From positions 1-64,000 of the forward strand of contig CBDCCZ010000018.1 in assembly GCA_965215005.1 (NCBI GenBank): DNA of 64,000 bases, in the 5' to 3' direction. A program made the translations under genes and the position numbers. Positions 11,013-20,653 of the stretch are shown one piece after another. The notes under the pieces were generated by a model, which worked only from the letters and a program-made list of their open reading frames with translations, ran no database searches and had not been told where the DNA came from. This stretch comes from Kofleriaceae bacterium. Its GTDB lineage: Bacteria > Myxococcota_A > Polyangia > Haliangiales > Haliangiaceae. Within the stretch, counting starts at the first letter, position 1. Every line of letters starts with the position of its first letter.

Positions 11013-11777
11013 TTAGAAACGTAGTTCGACTGACACGGACAAGCCGCCGGGAGCCGGTGCGAGCCCGACCGACATACGTCGCGCGTGCTGCTGCTTTAGG
11101 CGGCGATGCACGACCGCGCCGTCGATGACGCCGTAAGCGTAGACCACCAGCAGTCCGAGCCCGCTGCCGAGGTTGAGCCGCTTGAGGCGGCGGGCCGCGG
11201 TGAACCGCGAGTCGCCTGCGCCGCAGGTATTGTCCTCGCTATCGCACCAGGACCGCACGAGAAAATACGTGGCGAGGTTGGTCGCTAGCAGCGCGCCGCC
11301 GATGGCGCCAATCGCGAGCGCTTTGCCGCGCTGGCCATTCTGCCACTGCCCGAGCGGCGGCAAGGCGCTGAGTAGCACGTTTCCCGTCGGGCGAGCCGAA
11401 GGCCGGTACCGCCGCAGCTCGGCGGCGTGACGTGAGCGAACGTCTTCGAAGAACACCAGCACCTCCGGCGGCACCAGCGCGGGATCCAGCCGCGCCTCGC
11501 TGTCGAGCTTGAGATAGATCAAAAACGCCGCTTCCGCGGCGCCAGCATCGCCGAGCGCCAGCCGAGCGATTCCGAGAATGCGATAGGCCTCAGCGCGATC
11601 GCTTTGTTCGAGCGAATGGCTGGCGAGCGCACGCTCGGCCGAGCGCGCCGCGAGCGCACCGTCGCCATCGATGAGCGCGGCGTTGGCGGCGCGGAGCTCG
11701 GCCACCGCCTCGCTAGACTGCGCAAGCGCGCTCTCCGCTGCGAGCAACAAGAGCGCGAGCACGATCGCGGTCTTCAT
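11013..11777 (-). CDS. Secreted TPR-like protein with hydrophobic C-terminus ending in Phe
   Basis: Signal peptide; AEAYRILGIARLALG; LDPALVPPE; C-terminal VSVELRF. Confidence 0.7.
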   Translation of the reverse strand: MKTAIVLALLLLAAESALAQSSEAVAELRAANAALIDGDGALAARSAERALASHSLEQSDRAEAYRILGIARLALGDAGAAEAAFLIYLKLDSEARLDPALVPPEVLVFFEDVRSRHAAELRRYRPSARPTGNVLLSALPPLGQWQNGQRGKALAIGAIGGALLATNLATYFLVRSWCDSEDNTCGAGDSRFTAARRLKRLNLGSGLGLLVVYAYGVIDGAVVHRRLKQQHARRMSVGLAPAPGGLSVSVELRF

Positions 11778-12664
11778 TTCGCGATTCGCTGCAAGGCGCG
11801 CTGCATCGGCGGGCGCGCGATGATGAGGAGCTGCTCGACCACGAATTGAACCAGCGCGGCACGACCATCACCGCGGCTGCCAACTACGGTGTCGGTCACC
11901 ACGACGTCGTCATAGATCGCCCGCGCAGCTCGATCGACGAGCACGACTCTCGCCCGCCCGCGCGCCGAAAACAGCACCTCGTGCCAGTCGAGCTCCACCG
12001 CCTGCACGAGCACCATCAACCCGTACGCGGCGTCGGCGCGTGCCAGCTCGCGGACCACGACATCGGGTGGTATGAGGCCACGTTCCGCGCTCGGTACCGG
12101 CGACAGACCAAGGCGCGCCGCGAGCTGCCGCGCGGCCTGCGTCGCCAGTGCCTCATCTCGCTGCGCGGGACCAACGGCGGTGAACACCACCATCCGCGGC
12201 ACGTGGAGTGACGCGCTCACCGGCGCCGCTGTAGCAACGGGTGTAGGTTCTTGCAAGGCGAGCTCAATCCGCTCGACGAGCCGCGCGGCAAGCTCTGTTG
12301 TGGCTACGTCGATGCTGGTGAGCGCGCGCACGTCGCTGGTGGCGGTGCCGTGGTCGATGCCGCGGGTGGGATCGCGCAAGCGCGCCTCCAAGGCTACCTG
12401 CGCCTCGTCGAGCTCGAGCACGCGAACGTCCACCACCAATCGCACCCGCGCCGGCACGACGCCCGTGGTCGAGAGCGTCTCGATCGTCCAGCGGCGCTGT
12501 TGCCGAAGCTGCTTGGCGAGCGCCGAAACCACCGGTGCCGCGTAGATGCGCACCCGCTCGCTGGTCGGCGCCAGCGGCAAGATGGCGATGACGTCTTCCT
12601 CGGCGGCCGCTGAGCGCGGCGCCGCCACGGCAGCAAGCAACAGCACCAACAGCCATTTGCGCAC
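11774..12664 (-). CDS. Secreted hypothetical protein
   Basis: GTG start followed by a signal peptide (RKWLLVLLLAAVAA); stop overlaps the next gene. Confidence 0.65.
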   Translation of the reverse strand: MRKWLLVLLLAAVAAPRSAAAEEDVIAILPLAPTSERVRIYAAPVVSALAKQLRQQRRWTIETLSTTGVVPARVRLVVDVRVLELDEAQVALEARLRDPTRGIDHGTATSDVRALTSIDVATTELAARLVERIELALQEPTPVATAAPVSASLHVPRMVVFTAVGPAQRDEALATQAARQLAARLGLSPVPSAERGLIPPDVVVRELARADAAYGLMVLVQAVELDWHEVLFSARGRARVVLVDRAARAIYDDVVVTDTVVGSRGDGRAALVQFVVEQLLIIARPPMQRALQRIAK

Positions 12665-12761
12665 GCGGCAACTATACCGCTCACGCGGCGCGACTTGCTG
12701 TCGATCCGCCTCCCGCCAGGCTTGCACTCGACGCCTCCCGAGGGGCCAATAATCCGGCCTC

Positions 12762-13877
12762 TCAGCGGATCTCGACATCCCAACCAACACGCTGCAAACA
12801 GTCGTTGCCGCCAATCGAGCACGTCATACTCCACGGATCGCACGGCAGCTCTCGGCTCACTCGATCGAGGGCTTGCACCCGAATCGCCAGTCGCGAGCCC
12901 GGAGCGTAGTCGGTCGGATCGATGCGCAGCCCCGCTTGCTGATAGCCGGTCAGCTCGAGCAGCTCGCCGCTGGTTGCCGGCGACGCCAGCGACCATTCGA
13001 AGCGCAGGAGCGAAGGCGGTGCCGTGGCATCGGTCGGTTGCGGATACGGATCGAGATCATCGCGCACCGACGCGATCGCAAACCATCGCGGGCCATCGGC
13101 CCGGGAGATCACATAGGTACCCATCGTCGAGGGTGGCGTCGTGGTGGCGACGCACGCCGGAGCATCGGCGACGAAGAGGATGCTCAGGTCGTCTTCGCTA
13201 GTGGCGCCCACGACATCCACAGCAGTCGCGCGAACCGTGTACTGACCCGCCGCGGTCGCGGTGAGGTACGCAACGTCGGGATGGCTATCACTTGGCTCCC
13301 ACTTGATGGCGCTGGCGTCGACCCCTGGCGGAAGGAGGGGCGGACGGGACCAGTCGATGCGCACCAGGGCCGCGTCGCTCGGATCGGGATCGGTTGCCGT
13401 CGCCGCAACTTCGACTCGAGTGCCAACGGGATACTCTCCGAGCCGCAGCGGCGAAAATCCACTTGCCGACAACATCACTGATGGCGGGCGATTCTGGATC
13501 GAGATGCGCTGCTGGATGGTAGCGGTGGCCCGGTGGGCATCGGTGACCTCGAGCTGCACTTCAATGGTGCCCGAGGGCTCGCCGTCGGCCCGCGTCGGGG
13601 GAACGACAAAGACGAACTGGGCAGCCTCTTCGGCACTCTGCTCCGCAAACGGCACCGTCTCGCAGCGACCGCGCGCGTCGCATTGGAACGCGCGAAACTC
13701 GCGAGTCAACGAGTCGCCATCGGGATCGCGACTCGCGGCGCCACTGAAGACGACGCGGCTGCCGCGCCAGATGGGGCCGCTCGAGACCTGCTCGAGAGCA
13801 GCGATGGGCTCGCGATTGATGGGCTCGCTGTAGAAACAGCCGGCGCACGCGAGCGCCACGACCAGACTAGCGCGCAT
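12762..13877 (-). CDS. Lipoprotein with PKD/Ig-like domains
   Basis: Lipobox ACAGC; NREPIA...FSGAASRDPDGDSL and NRPP motifs. Confidence 0.75.
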   Translation of the reverse strand: MRASLVVALACAGCFYSEPINREPIAALEQVSSGPIWRGSRVVFSGAASRDPDGDSLTREFRAFQCDARGRCETVPFAEQSAEEAAQFVFVVPPTRADGEPSGTIEVQLEVTDAHRATATIQQRISIQNRPPSVMLSASGFSPLRLGEYPVGTRVEVAATATDPDPSDAALVRIDWSRPPLLPPGVDASAIKWEPSDSHPDVAYLTATAAGQYTVRATAVDVVGATSEDDLSILFVADAPACVATTTPPSTMGTYVISRADGPRWFAIASVRDDLDPYPQPTDATAPPSLLRFEWSLASPATSGELLELTGYQQAGLRIDPTDYAPGSRLAIRVQALDRVSRELPCDPWSMTCSIGGNDCLQRVGWDVEIR

Positions 13878-15583
13878 CGCTCGGGCCCTCCGAAGGAAGC
13901 GACACCGCGAAGCGCCCCTGCGCATCGGTCACCGCTTCGCCAAGCGGTCTATCAGCCTGCGGGCCTTCGCAGCTGCCGCACAGGACGATAACGGCGACAC
14001 CGGCGGCGCCGCCGCTCTGGCCAGGAATCGAGACTCGGCCAACCAGCCGTTGCGCTCGAGGCAAGACGATGTCGCCAAGCGCCGGTGCCGAAAGTGGCGC
14101 TCGCAGTCGAGCTCCGGGCGCCGTGATGATTAGCTCGTAGGAAGCGTTGGCGGCCAGCGAAAGGGCAAAGTGGCCATCGCTGTCGGCTTCCGCACCAATC
14201 GCCTCGGTGGCGGTCAATAGCCCCAACGGCACCGCCGTCACCTGCGCACCCGCGGCCGGCTCGCCGTCGCTGCCGAGCACGCGGCCCATCACGCGCGTAG
14301 GGGGCGCGAGCGTTAGCTCCGAGGGCGCTGCCGCGAGGTTGACCTCCTGCAGCGAGGTGTGCCCGGAGCCGCGGGTCACCAGCGAGTACACGGCCGACGG
14401 CAACCTCACCGGAGACAGCCGACCGTCGGCGCCGCTTTGGGCCGCGCGTCGAATCGAGCCTGCTGCCGGCAATCCGGCAATGGTTCCTGCCGCGGGCAGC
14501 TCCGCGGCGATCCACAAGGCTCGCACACTGCCAGCCACCTCGCCCATGGCGTCGCGCAGCACGGGCGCGATGATATTTGAATTCGCGATGGTGAAAGCGA
14601 TTTCCAGCGGAGCAGTCAGCTCCACCGCATCTGACTCGAGATACAGCTCGGGCAGGCCGCTCTCGAGGGACGGGGCCACCGCCACCGCCACCGCGCCGAC
14701 GACGGAATGCGTGCGCACCGCGAAGCGGCCATCGGCGCCGGTTTCACCGAGGGTGCTCGGAACGCCCTCGACGTGGAGGCTCACGGCAGCGCCGGCCAGC
14801 GCAGCTCCGGTCGCATCGACGACCGAGCCGCGCACCAAGCTACCTCCGGCGACGTCGACCTCGAGCGCCGCTGCGGGATCGACGTCGCGCTGCAGGCGCG
14901 GTGCGAGCGTCGGCGCGACCGGCACCACAAGCACCTCGTGCCGGCCCCCCACCACCCGCAACGCGAACTGCCCATCGGCCGCTGCAAAGCCCTCCACGGC
15001 CACGCCACCAGCCACCGGCGTGGCGCGCACGTAGGCGGCGACCGGCGCATCGTCGGCAGTGACGGAGCCGCGCAGCAGAACGCCATTGTCGAGGCCCCGG
15101 TCGCCCACGGGAAAATCGCCAGCCGTGGTCACGGTGAGCCGTTGCTCTTGAATCGGCGCCGCCTGCCCCACCGCCGGCACGAACCGCAAGCGATAGGTCT
15201 TGGCTTCCGCGTCGCCAACGCCGGCGACTATCTGCTCAGCGGCATCGCGGCAGCGCGAGTCGCCTTTGCTGCCACGGAGCTCGACCTCGTAGCTGCCAGC
15301 GGCCGGGATCTCGAGCTCGGCGCGCTTGCCCTGGAGATCCAGCAGTCGCACGCGCTCCGGCTCGCCATCGACGAGCCAGGTAAAGGTCTCGGCGCCGATC
15401 GCACCGCTTGACTCGATGCGGCCCTCGAGGGTCACGACCGTCGGTGCCAGCACCTCGCGCGGAGCAATGGTAACAGTCATCGCGCCACCGCTCCGAGCCA
15501 CCATCGGGCGGGCCGTGGAAGTCGCCGTCGGCGCTACAGCCGCCCACCAACAGCGCGAGTAAGAGCCTCAACCGTCGCGACAT
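13867..15583 (-). CDS. Lipoprotein with carboxypeptidase-regulatory-like (Cna-B type) repeats; apparent frameshift near 15492
   Basis: Repeated GxV...G.P.AGA.V...DGxF units in ORF 13867-15504; the lipoprotein signal MSRRLRLLLALLVGGC from ATG 15583 is in a different frame. Confidence 0.65.
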
Positions 15584-15595
15584 GTCCCGGGCGCT

Positions 15596-15612
15596 ATGCA
15601 ACTTCATTGCCC
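15596..15612 (-). promoter_or_regulatory. Possible sigma-54 -24/-12 promoter
   Basis: Minus strand GGGCAATGAAGTTGCAT gives GG-N10-GC with TTGC, just upstream of ATG 15583 at the head of a gene run. Confidence 0.4.
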
Positions 15613-15792
15613 ACGTGATGCAAGCGGTCGCGGCGCATCCTGTGGGAGTCACTTTGCCGTTTCTCGCGGTTCGCGACACCTACGTCGCAGTCGTCGCCAC
15701 CTCGCCGCCAAGCGTTGCTTCTCGGCAACGAATCGAGCACCTCCTGGCGGAACATCGATGAAAGCGTGAGGCGCCGTTGGCGTCGCGAAGGG

Positions 15793-17964
15793 TCAGTAGC
15801 AGTCCAGAGCGGGGCGGTCGCGGAGGGTGCACGTGCTCACGCGTGAAAGCCGGAGCCAACCGCTGGTCGTGGGAGTATCGCCCCGCAGAATGGTGACGCG
15901 GTGGCTACCGGGCGACAGCTCGAGCTCCACGCCATTGGCGTAGCGGTTGCCGTCGAGGAGCACCGCGTCGCCGCCGGCGATGGCGATTCTCACTTGCACC
16001 GGCGCAAGCACGCTGCCGCGAAAGGTTCGCTGCTCACCCGCTTGCAAGGTCGCGCTGTGGCGCCACTGGGGTCGCCCGCGACCTTGGGTGCAGACGAAGG
16101 AGTGCGGGCCGGGGGCCAGGCGCCACACGCGAGCGCGGTCGACGCGCCCCTGCGGCACGCCGTCGATATGCAGGTCGCACCACGGGGTGATGACGAAGCG
16201 CACGGCAGCGGAGGGCGCAGGCACCGGCGGCTCGGCATCGCCGGTAGGAGGCTCGCGCGTGGAGGGTGCAGGGGCAACCTGCGGGCTCGGCTCGGCGTCG
16301 CCGGTAGGAGGCTCGCGCGTGGAGGGTGCAGGGGCAACCTGCGGGCTCGGCTCGACAGGGCCTGCGGGCGCGGTGTCTTGGCCTGGCGCGGTCAGGGCTG
16401 CACCAGGCGTACCTCGACGCCTCGCCTTTGGTGACGCGGGCGCGGTGGGCGGCGTAGCGGTAGGCGGCGCAACACGGGAGGCCGAAGCCACGGCCGCATC
16501 GGCGCGGTCGGGCTGCAAGCTCCCGCGACCAAAGCTCGATGGCTCCAGACTGTCGCTGGGCGAAGAATAGAGGAGCGCCGCTGCATCGCTAGCGGGCGCG
16601 GCGATGGCTACCGCGGGCCCGGCGGTAGCCTCGCCGTCGTCGCTGGCCAACCGCCGGCTCAGCTGCCAGCTCGACACGCCAATCGCGCATAGCGCCGCAG
16701 CGAGCCAGGCGTAGCGCCGGCGCCTGGTGCGACGGCCAATCGATGCCACCAGCGTCAGCGCCTCTCGCCGCTCGGGCTGCAAAGCAAGGACCCGGTCGGC
16801 CAGCGCCAAAGCCTGCGGAAGCTTGCCGGCGGCGGCGGCGGCGGCGGCGCGCGCCAAACAACGCGAGGCCAGCCGCGGGATGAGAGAAGCGCGAGAACGC
16901 GCGGGATCGGCAAAGAATTCCGCGAGCTCGACTTCTGGCTCGCGAAGCTCGGCGACGCCTACGATCACCGCGAGCGCCTCGGCCGCCTCGGTGGCCGAGG
17001 CATAGCGATCGGCAGGCTCGGGGGCCATGAGACGCTCGATGACGGCCGCCAGCTCCATCCCCATCGCCGGCTGCCGACGCAGCGGCGAAATCGGCCGGCC
17101 CTGCGCCAACGCCGCCATGACTTGATGCGTCCCGCCGCTATAGGGCAGCGAGCCCGTGGCCAGCTGATACAGCGTCGCGCCGAGCGAGTACAGATCGGCG
17201 CGCGCGTCGATGCGCTCGCCACTCGCTTGCTCCGGCGACATGAACGCCGGCGTTCCGAGCAGCGCCCCGGTTCGCGTGATGAGAGACGCATCCTCTTCGG
17301 CCACGCGAGCGACACCAAAATCGGTGATAGCGATCCGGCCGGCCTCGGCGACCATGATGTTGGCGGGCTTGATGTCGCGATGAACGATGCCTTGCGCGTG
17401 AGCGGTGGCCAGTGCTGCACACAGTGACACGCCGATGCACGCGACGAGCTCGGCTGGCAGCGCCCCGTGACGATCGATCACCTCGCGGAGGCTGCCGCCG
17501 CGCACCAACTCCATCACTAAATACGGCGGAGTGGCCAGCCCGCCGTCACCTTCCGCCGAGCCGCCGCCGACATCGTACACGCGCAGGATGTTGGGATGAC
17601 TGAGCTTGGCCGCCGCGCGCGCCTCGCGCTGGAACCGCGCGACCACCTCACCATGCCGCGAGAGGTGCGGAAACAACACCTTGATGGCAACGTCGCGACG
17701 CAGCTCGGTGTCATGGGCGCTCCAAACGCTCGCCATGCCACCAGCGCCAAGCTCCTCGCCGATGCGATAGCGTCCGAGCTCTACGCCGGGATGAACGGGT
17801 CGGTAGCTCAGCGGCGGCGAAAAAGCCGCTGGGCCGGCAGGCGCGTCGCTCGTCTCCGTGATCGTCCCGTCAGCAGCCGAGCTCGGTGGCCTGTCATCAG
17901 TGCGGTCGCCAGACAACGTAGCTCGACCCGTCGTTGCCCTTTGCCTGGCGCATGGCCGCGGCAA
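15793..17964 (-). CDS. Membrane Ser/Thr protein kinase with Pro-rich linker and PEGA-like tail; start uncertain
   Basis: LGAGGMASV, VAIK, HRDIKPAN, DFG, GTPAFMSPE; TM; PWCDLHIDG. Confidence 0.9.
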   Translation of the reverse strand: MPRPCARQRATTGRATLSGDRTDDRPPSSAADGTITETSDAPAGPAAFSPPLSYRPVHPGVELGRYRIGEELGAGGMASVWSAHDTELRRDVAIKVLFPHLSRHGEVVARFQREARAAAKLSHPNILRVYDVGGGSAEGDGGLATPPYLVMELVRGGSLREVIDRHGALPAELVACIGVSLCAALATAHAQGIVHRDIKPANIMVAEAGRIAITDFGVARVAEEDASLITRTGALLGTPAFMSPEQASGERIDARADLYSLGATLYQLATGSLPYSGGTHQVMAALAQGRPISPLRRQPAMGMELAAVIERLMAPEPADRYASATEAAEALAVIVGVAELREPEVELAEFFADPARSRASLIPRLASRCLARAAAAAAAGKLPQALALADRVLALQPERREALTLVASIGRRTRRRRYAWLAAALCAIGVSSWQLSRRLASDDGEATAGPAVAIAAPASDAAALLYSSPSDSLEPSSFGRGSLQPDRADAAVASASRVAPPTATPPTAPASPKARRRGTPGAALTAPGQDTAPAGPVEPSPQVAPAPSTREPPTGDAEPSPQVAPAPSTREPPTGDAEPPVPAPSAAVRFVITPWCDLHIDGVPQGRVDRARVWRLAPGPHSFVCTQGRGRPQWRHSATLQAGEQRTFRGSVLAPVQVRIAIAGGDAVLLDGNRYANGVELELSPGSHRVTILRGDTPTTSGWLRLSRVSTCTLRDRPALDCY
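16228..16354. repeat. 60-bp tandem duplication inside the kinase linker
   Basis: Two near-identical 60-bp units (one mismatch) encoding EPSPQVAPAPSTREPPTGDA. Confidence 0.9.
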
Positions 17965-18781
17965 GCCGCTGCGCTAGCGTTTGTAGGGCCCCCGCTTCGA
18001 CGTCTTCGGTGCTCACCACCGCCACCGTCATGGCCATGGACGCGCTCACCGACGCCGCCGGCTCGGTCCACGTGGTACGCGACGCTTCAAACGCCTCAAT
18101 CACCTCATTGGCGAGTGGCTCCGCCTGATCGATGGCGATGACGCTCATGAAGTCGGCGCCGCCGAGGTGGCCGACAAAGGCGCTACCCGCCGAGCGTTGA
18201 CGCGTTTTGTCGAGAACGATGCGGCCCAAGGTGACCACCAACGACTCGGCGCGGGCGAAACCAACCTCGTCTGCATAGCGATCGAAGTGGCGCACATCGA
18301 AGTGCAGCACCGCCGCCGCGGTGCCTTCGGCCAATAGCTGCTCGATATGGCCGTCGATGGCCCCCGAGCCTGGCAGATCGGTGGTGGGATTGCGCTCACG
18401 CTCGCGCTTGGCCGACCGCACCAGCGCCCGCACTCGGGCGCCAAACTCGCGCAGATCGAACGGCTTCACCATGTAGTCGTCGGCGCCGGCCTCGAGCCCT
18501 TCGACCTTACTATCGACGCTGCCAAGGGCCGTGAGCATCAAGATCGGCGTGCGCGAATGAATGACGTCGGCCTTGAGCCTCTTGGTGACCTCAATGCCAT
18601 CCAGACGCGGCATCATCACGTCGAGCACGAGCAAGTCCGGTTGGTGCATGCGCACGAGCCGCAGCGCCTCTTCGCCGTCCACCGCACGCAGGCACAAAAA
18701 CCCCGCGTCGCCAAGCGCCATGTTCACCATGTGGGCGATGGCGTCATCGTCTTCCGCTACGACAATCTTCTTTAGAAGCAT
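17897..18781 (-). CDS. Response regulator with degenerate GGDEF-like domain
   Basis: Receiver motifs VAEDD, LDVMMP, LTA, KPF; C-terminal domain has PTTDLP and GHLGGADF. Confidence 0.85.
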   Translation of the reverse strand: MLLKKIVVAEDDDAIAHMVNMALGDAGFLCLRAVDGEEALRLVRMHQPDLLVLDVMMPRLDGIEVTKRLKADVIHSRTPILMLTALGSVDSKVEGLEAGADDYMVKPFDLREFGARVRALVRSAKRERERNPTTDLPGSGAIDGHIEQLLAEGTAAAVLHFDVRHFDRYADEVGFARAESLVVTLGRIVLDKTRQRSAGSAFVGHLGGADFMSVIAIDQAEPLANEVIEAFEASRTTWTEPAASVSASMAMTVAVVSTEDVEAGALQTLAQRLAAAMRQAKGNDGSSYVVWRPH

Positions 18782-18909
18782 GCGCGTGCCCCGTTGCCCC
18801 CACCAAAGCCATTGCCGGGGCCGCCTCGTTGATAGCCTGCCCCGGGGCCTCTCGTCAACGGCAAGCGATGCATCAAGTTATCGAGATCACTTGAATCCTT
18901 GGCTGCTTC

Positions 18910-20244
18910 TTGCGACTTCGGCAGTGGCATTGCCTGCCGACTTCAGCTAGAACGCTCCTCTTGTACCCTGTCGCTGCCACCCACACGCTTGCCAGCGGCC
19001 TGCGTGTCGTCTCCGTCGCGCTGCCGCATCTGCACACCGTTTACCTCGGCTGTTTCGTCAAAGTCGGCTCCCGTTTCGAGTCCGCTGCCGATAGCGGCTT
19101 GTCGCACTTCGTCGAGCACATGCTATTTCGCGGCACCGATCGCTATCCGTCTTCGCTGGCGATCAACACCGCCTTCGAAGACCTCGGCGGCACGCTCCAC
19201 GCCGAAACCGGACGCGACTATTCGCTCTATTCAACCACCATCGAGCCGGCGCTGATGAGCGAAGCAGCGCAGCTCTTCGGCGAGCTCCTCGGCGCCCCGC
19301 GCTTTGATGACATCGACCTCGAGCGCGCGATCATCCTCGAGGAGATGAACGAGGACTATGACGAGCGCGGCATTGAGGTCAACGGCGATGACATCGTCCG
19401 CGGCCTCGTGTTTGGCGATCATCCACTCGGTCAACGCATCATCGGGCCCCGCAGCAACGTCGAGCGCTTCACCGCCGCCGACGTGCGGCGCCATCATCGA
19501 CGCTTCTACGGCGCCGCCAACCTCATTCTATGTGCCGCCGGCCCCGTGGCGCACGAGCAGGTCATCGCCGCCGCCGAGACCGCGCTCGGCCGGCTGCCCG
19601 CCAACGCCCCCGCCGAAATGGCCCCGTTTGCCAGCGATCAGCGCGCGCCGCGTTTCGAGTTCGTGCGCGACTCCGGCTCCCAGACCGCCATCAACATCGC
19701 CTTCCGCTCCGTGCCCGACGCCGATCCAGACTACCTGGCTTCGGTTGCGCTGCTGCGCGCTCTAGACGATGGCATGGGCACCCGCCTCCACTACCGCCTC
19801 GTCGACCAGCAAGGCCTAGCCTATTCCGTCGGCGCCGGCATCGAACCCCTCGCCGACGTTGCCCTATTCGAAATCAGCGGCGACACCGGCCACGGCAAAA
19901 CCACCGCGCTGCTCGCCGGCATGCTCTCCCTGATGGCCGAGCTGCGCGAAACCCGCCTCACCGACGCCGAGATGACCCGCATCCGCCGGCGCTATCGCAA
20001 CGACCTCCTCGCCTCCGTCGATGACAACACCGCCATGGCCGGCTTCTTCGGCGGCACCGCCCTCTACTACCCGCCCCCCACCTTGGCCCAACGCCTCGAC
20101 GACATGCAGCGACTCACCGCCGACGACGTCCGCCGCGCCGCCCAACGCATCGCGCGCCCCGAGAACCTCTCCGTCGCCATCGTCGGCGGCCCCAGCCGCG
20201 CCCGCCAAGCCGAGCTCCGCGAACTAGTCCAACACTGGTCGTAG
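18910..20244 (+). CDS. M16 (pitrilysin) family zinc peptidase; start may be TTG 18961
   Basis: HFVEH inverted zinc motif, LASGLRV, ERAIILEE, GLAYSV. Confidence 0.92.
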   Translation: MRLRQWHCLPTSARTLLLYPVAATHTLASGLRVVSVALPHLHTVYLGCFVKVGSRFESAADSGLSHFVEHMLFRGTDRYPSSLAINTAFEDLGGTLHAETGRDYSLYSTTIEPALMSEAAQLFGELLGAPRFDDIDLERAIILEEMNEDYDERGIEVNGDDIVRGLVFGDHPLGQRIIGPRSNVERFTAADVRRHHRRFYGAANLILCAAGPVAHEQVIAAAETALGRLPANAPAEMAPFASDQRAPRFEFVRDSGSQTAINIAFRSVPDADPDYLASVALLRALDDGMGTRLHYRLVDQQGLAYSVGAGIEPLADVALFEISGDTGHGKTTALLAGMLSLMAELRETRLTDAEMTRIRRRYRNDLLASVDDNTAMAGFFGGTALYYPPPTLAQRLDDMQRLTADDVRRAAQRIARPENLSVAIVGGPSRARQAELRELVQHWS

Positions 20245-20266
20245 CGACTCCGCCTCCTCCCGAGAT

Positions 20267-20365
20267 CTGGAGCTCGAGCGCAAGGGGCTGATCCGCCGAA
20301 CGCCACGCACGGCTCGCAGCATTGAGCTACTGGTCCGCCCCGAGCATCTCCCCACCCTTCGGTGA
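20267..20365 (+). pseudogene. Remnant of a LexA-like winged-helix DNA-binding protein
   Basis: Startless frame reading LELERKGLIRRTPRTARSIELLVRPEHLPTLR*, resembling the LexA wing (LERKG.I.R.P..ARSI). Confidence 0.55.
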
Positions 20366-20653
20366 AGGTGCCTGAATCGATCATCTTCCCCGTGGTCGGG
20401 TACTAGATGACGGTGGTGGGCGGGCGGTCGTTTGGGTACGGTACTCTCACGCGTACAACCGTGCAGTTGGCAGCCCGCCCATCGAATGGATGGCGTCGAT
20501 TCTGTGGCGAAAGACCGGTACAACGCCATCCCGCTTCAACGGGAGGAGTGGATCGCCGCTATTAGAGCAGTTCGAACAGGTCCTTCAGGCGCATGATTAC
20601 GCCTAACCGTGGTGAGAGGATCTTTTATTTCCGCGCGACACCTAAAGCACCAT

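Noticed and set aside
16228..16354. Repeats (also 57342 and 61709) as a CRISPR array
   Set aside because: They are in-frame coding tandem repeats without unique spacers, and there are no cas genes
20595..20653. GCCTAAC as an integron attC R box
   Set aside because: No matching GTTRRRY partner or palindrome, and no integrase
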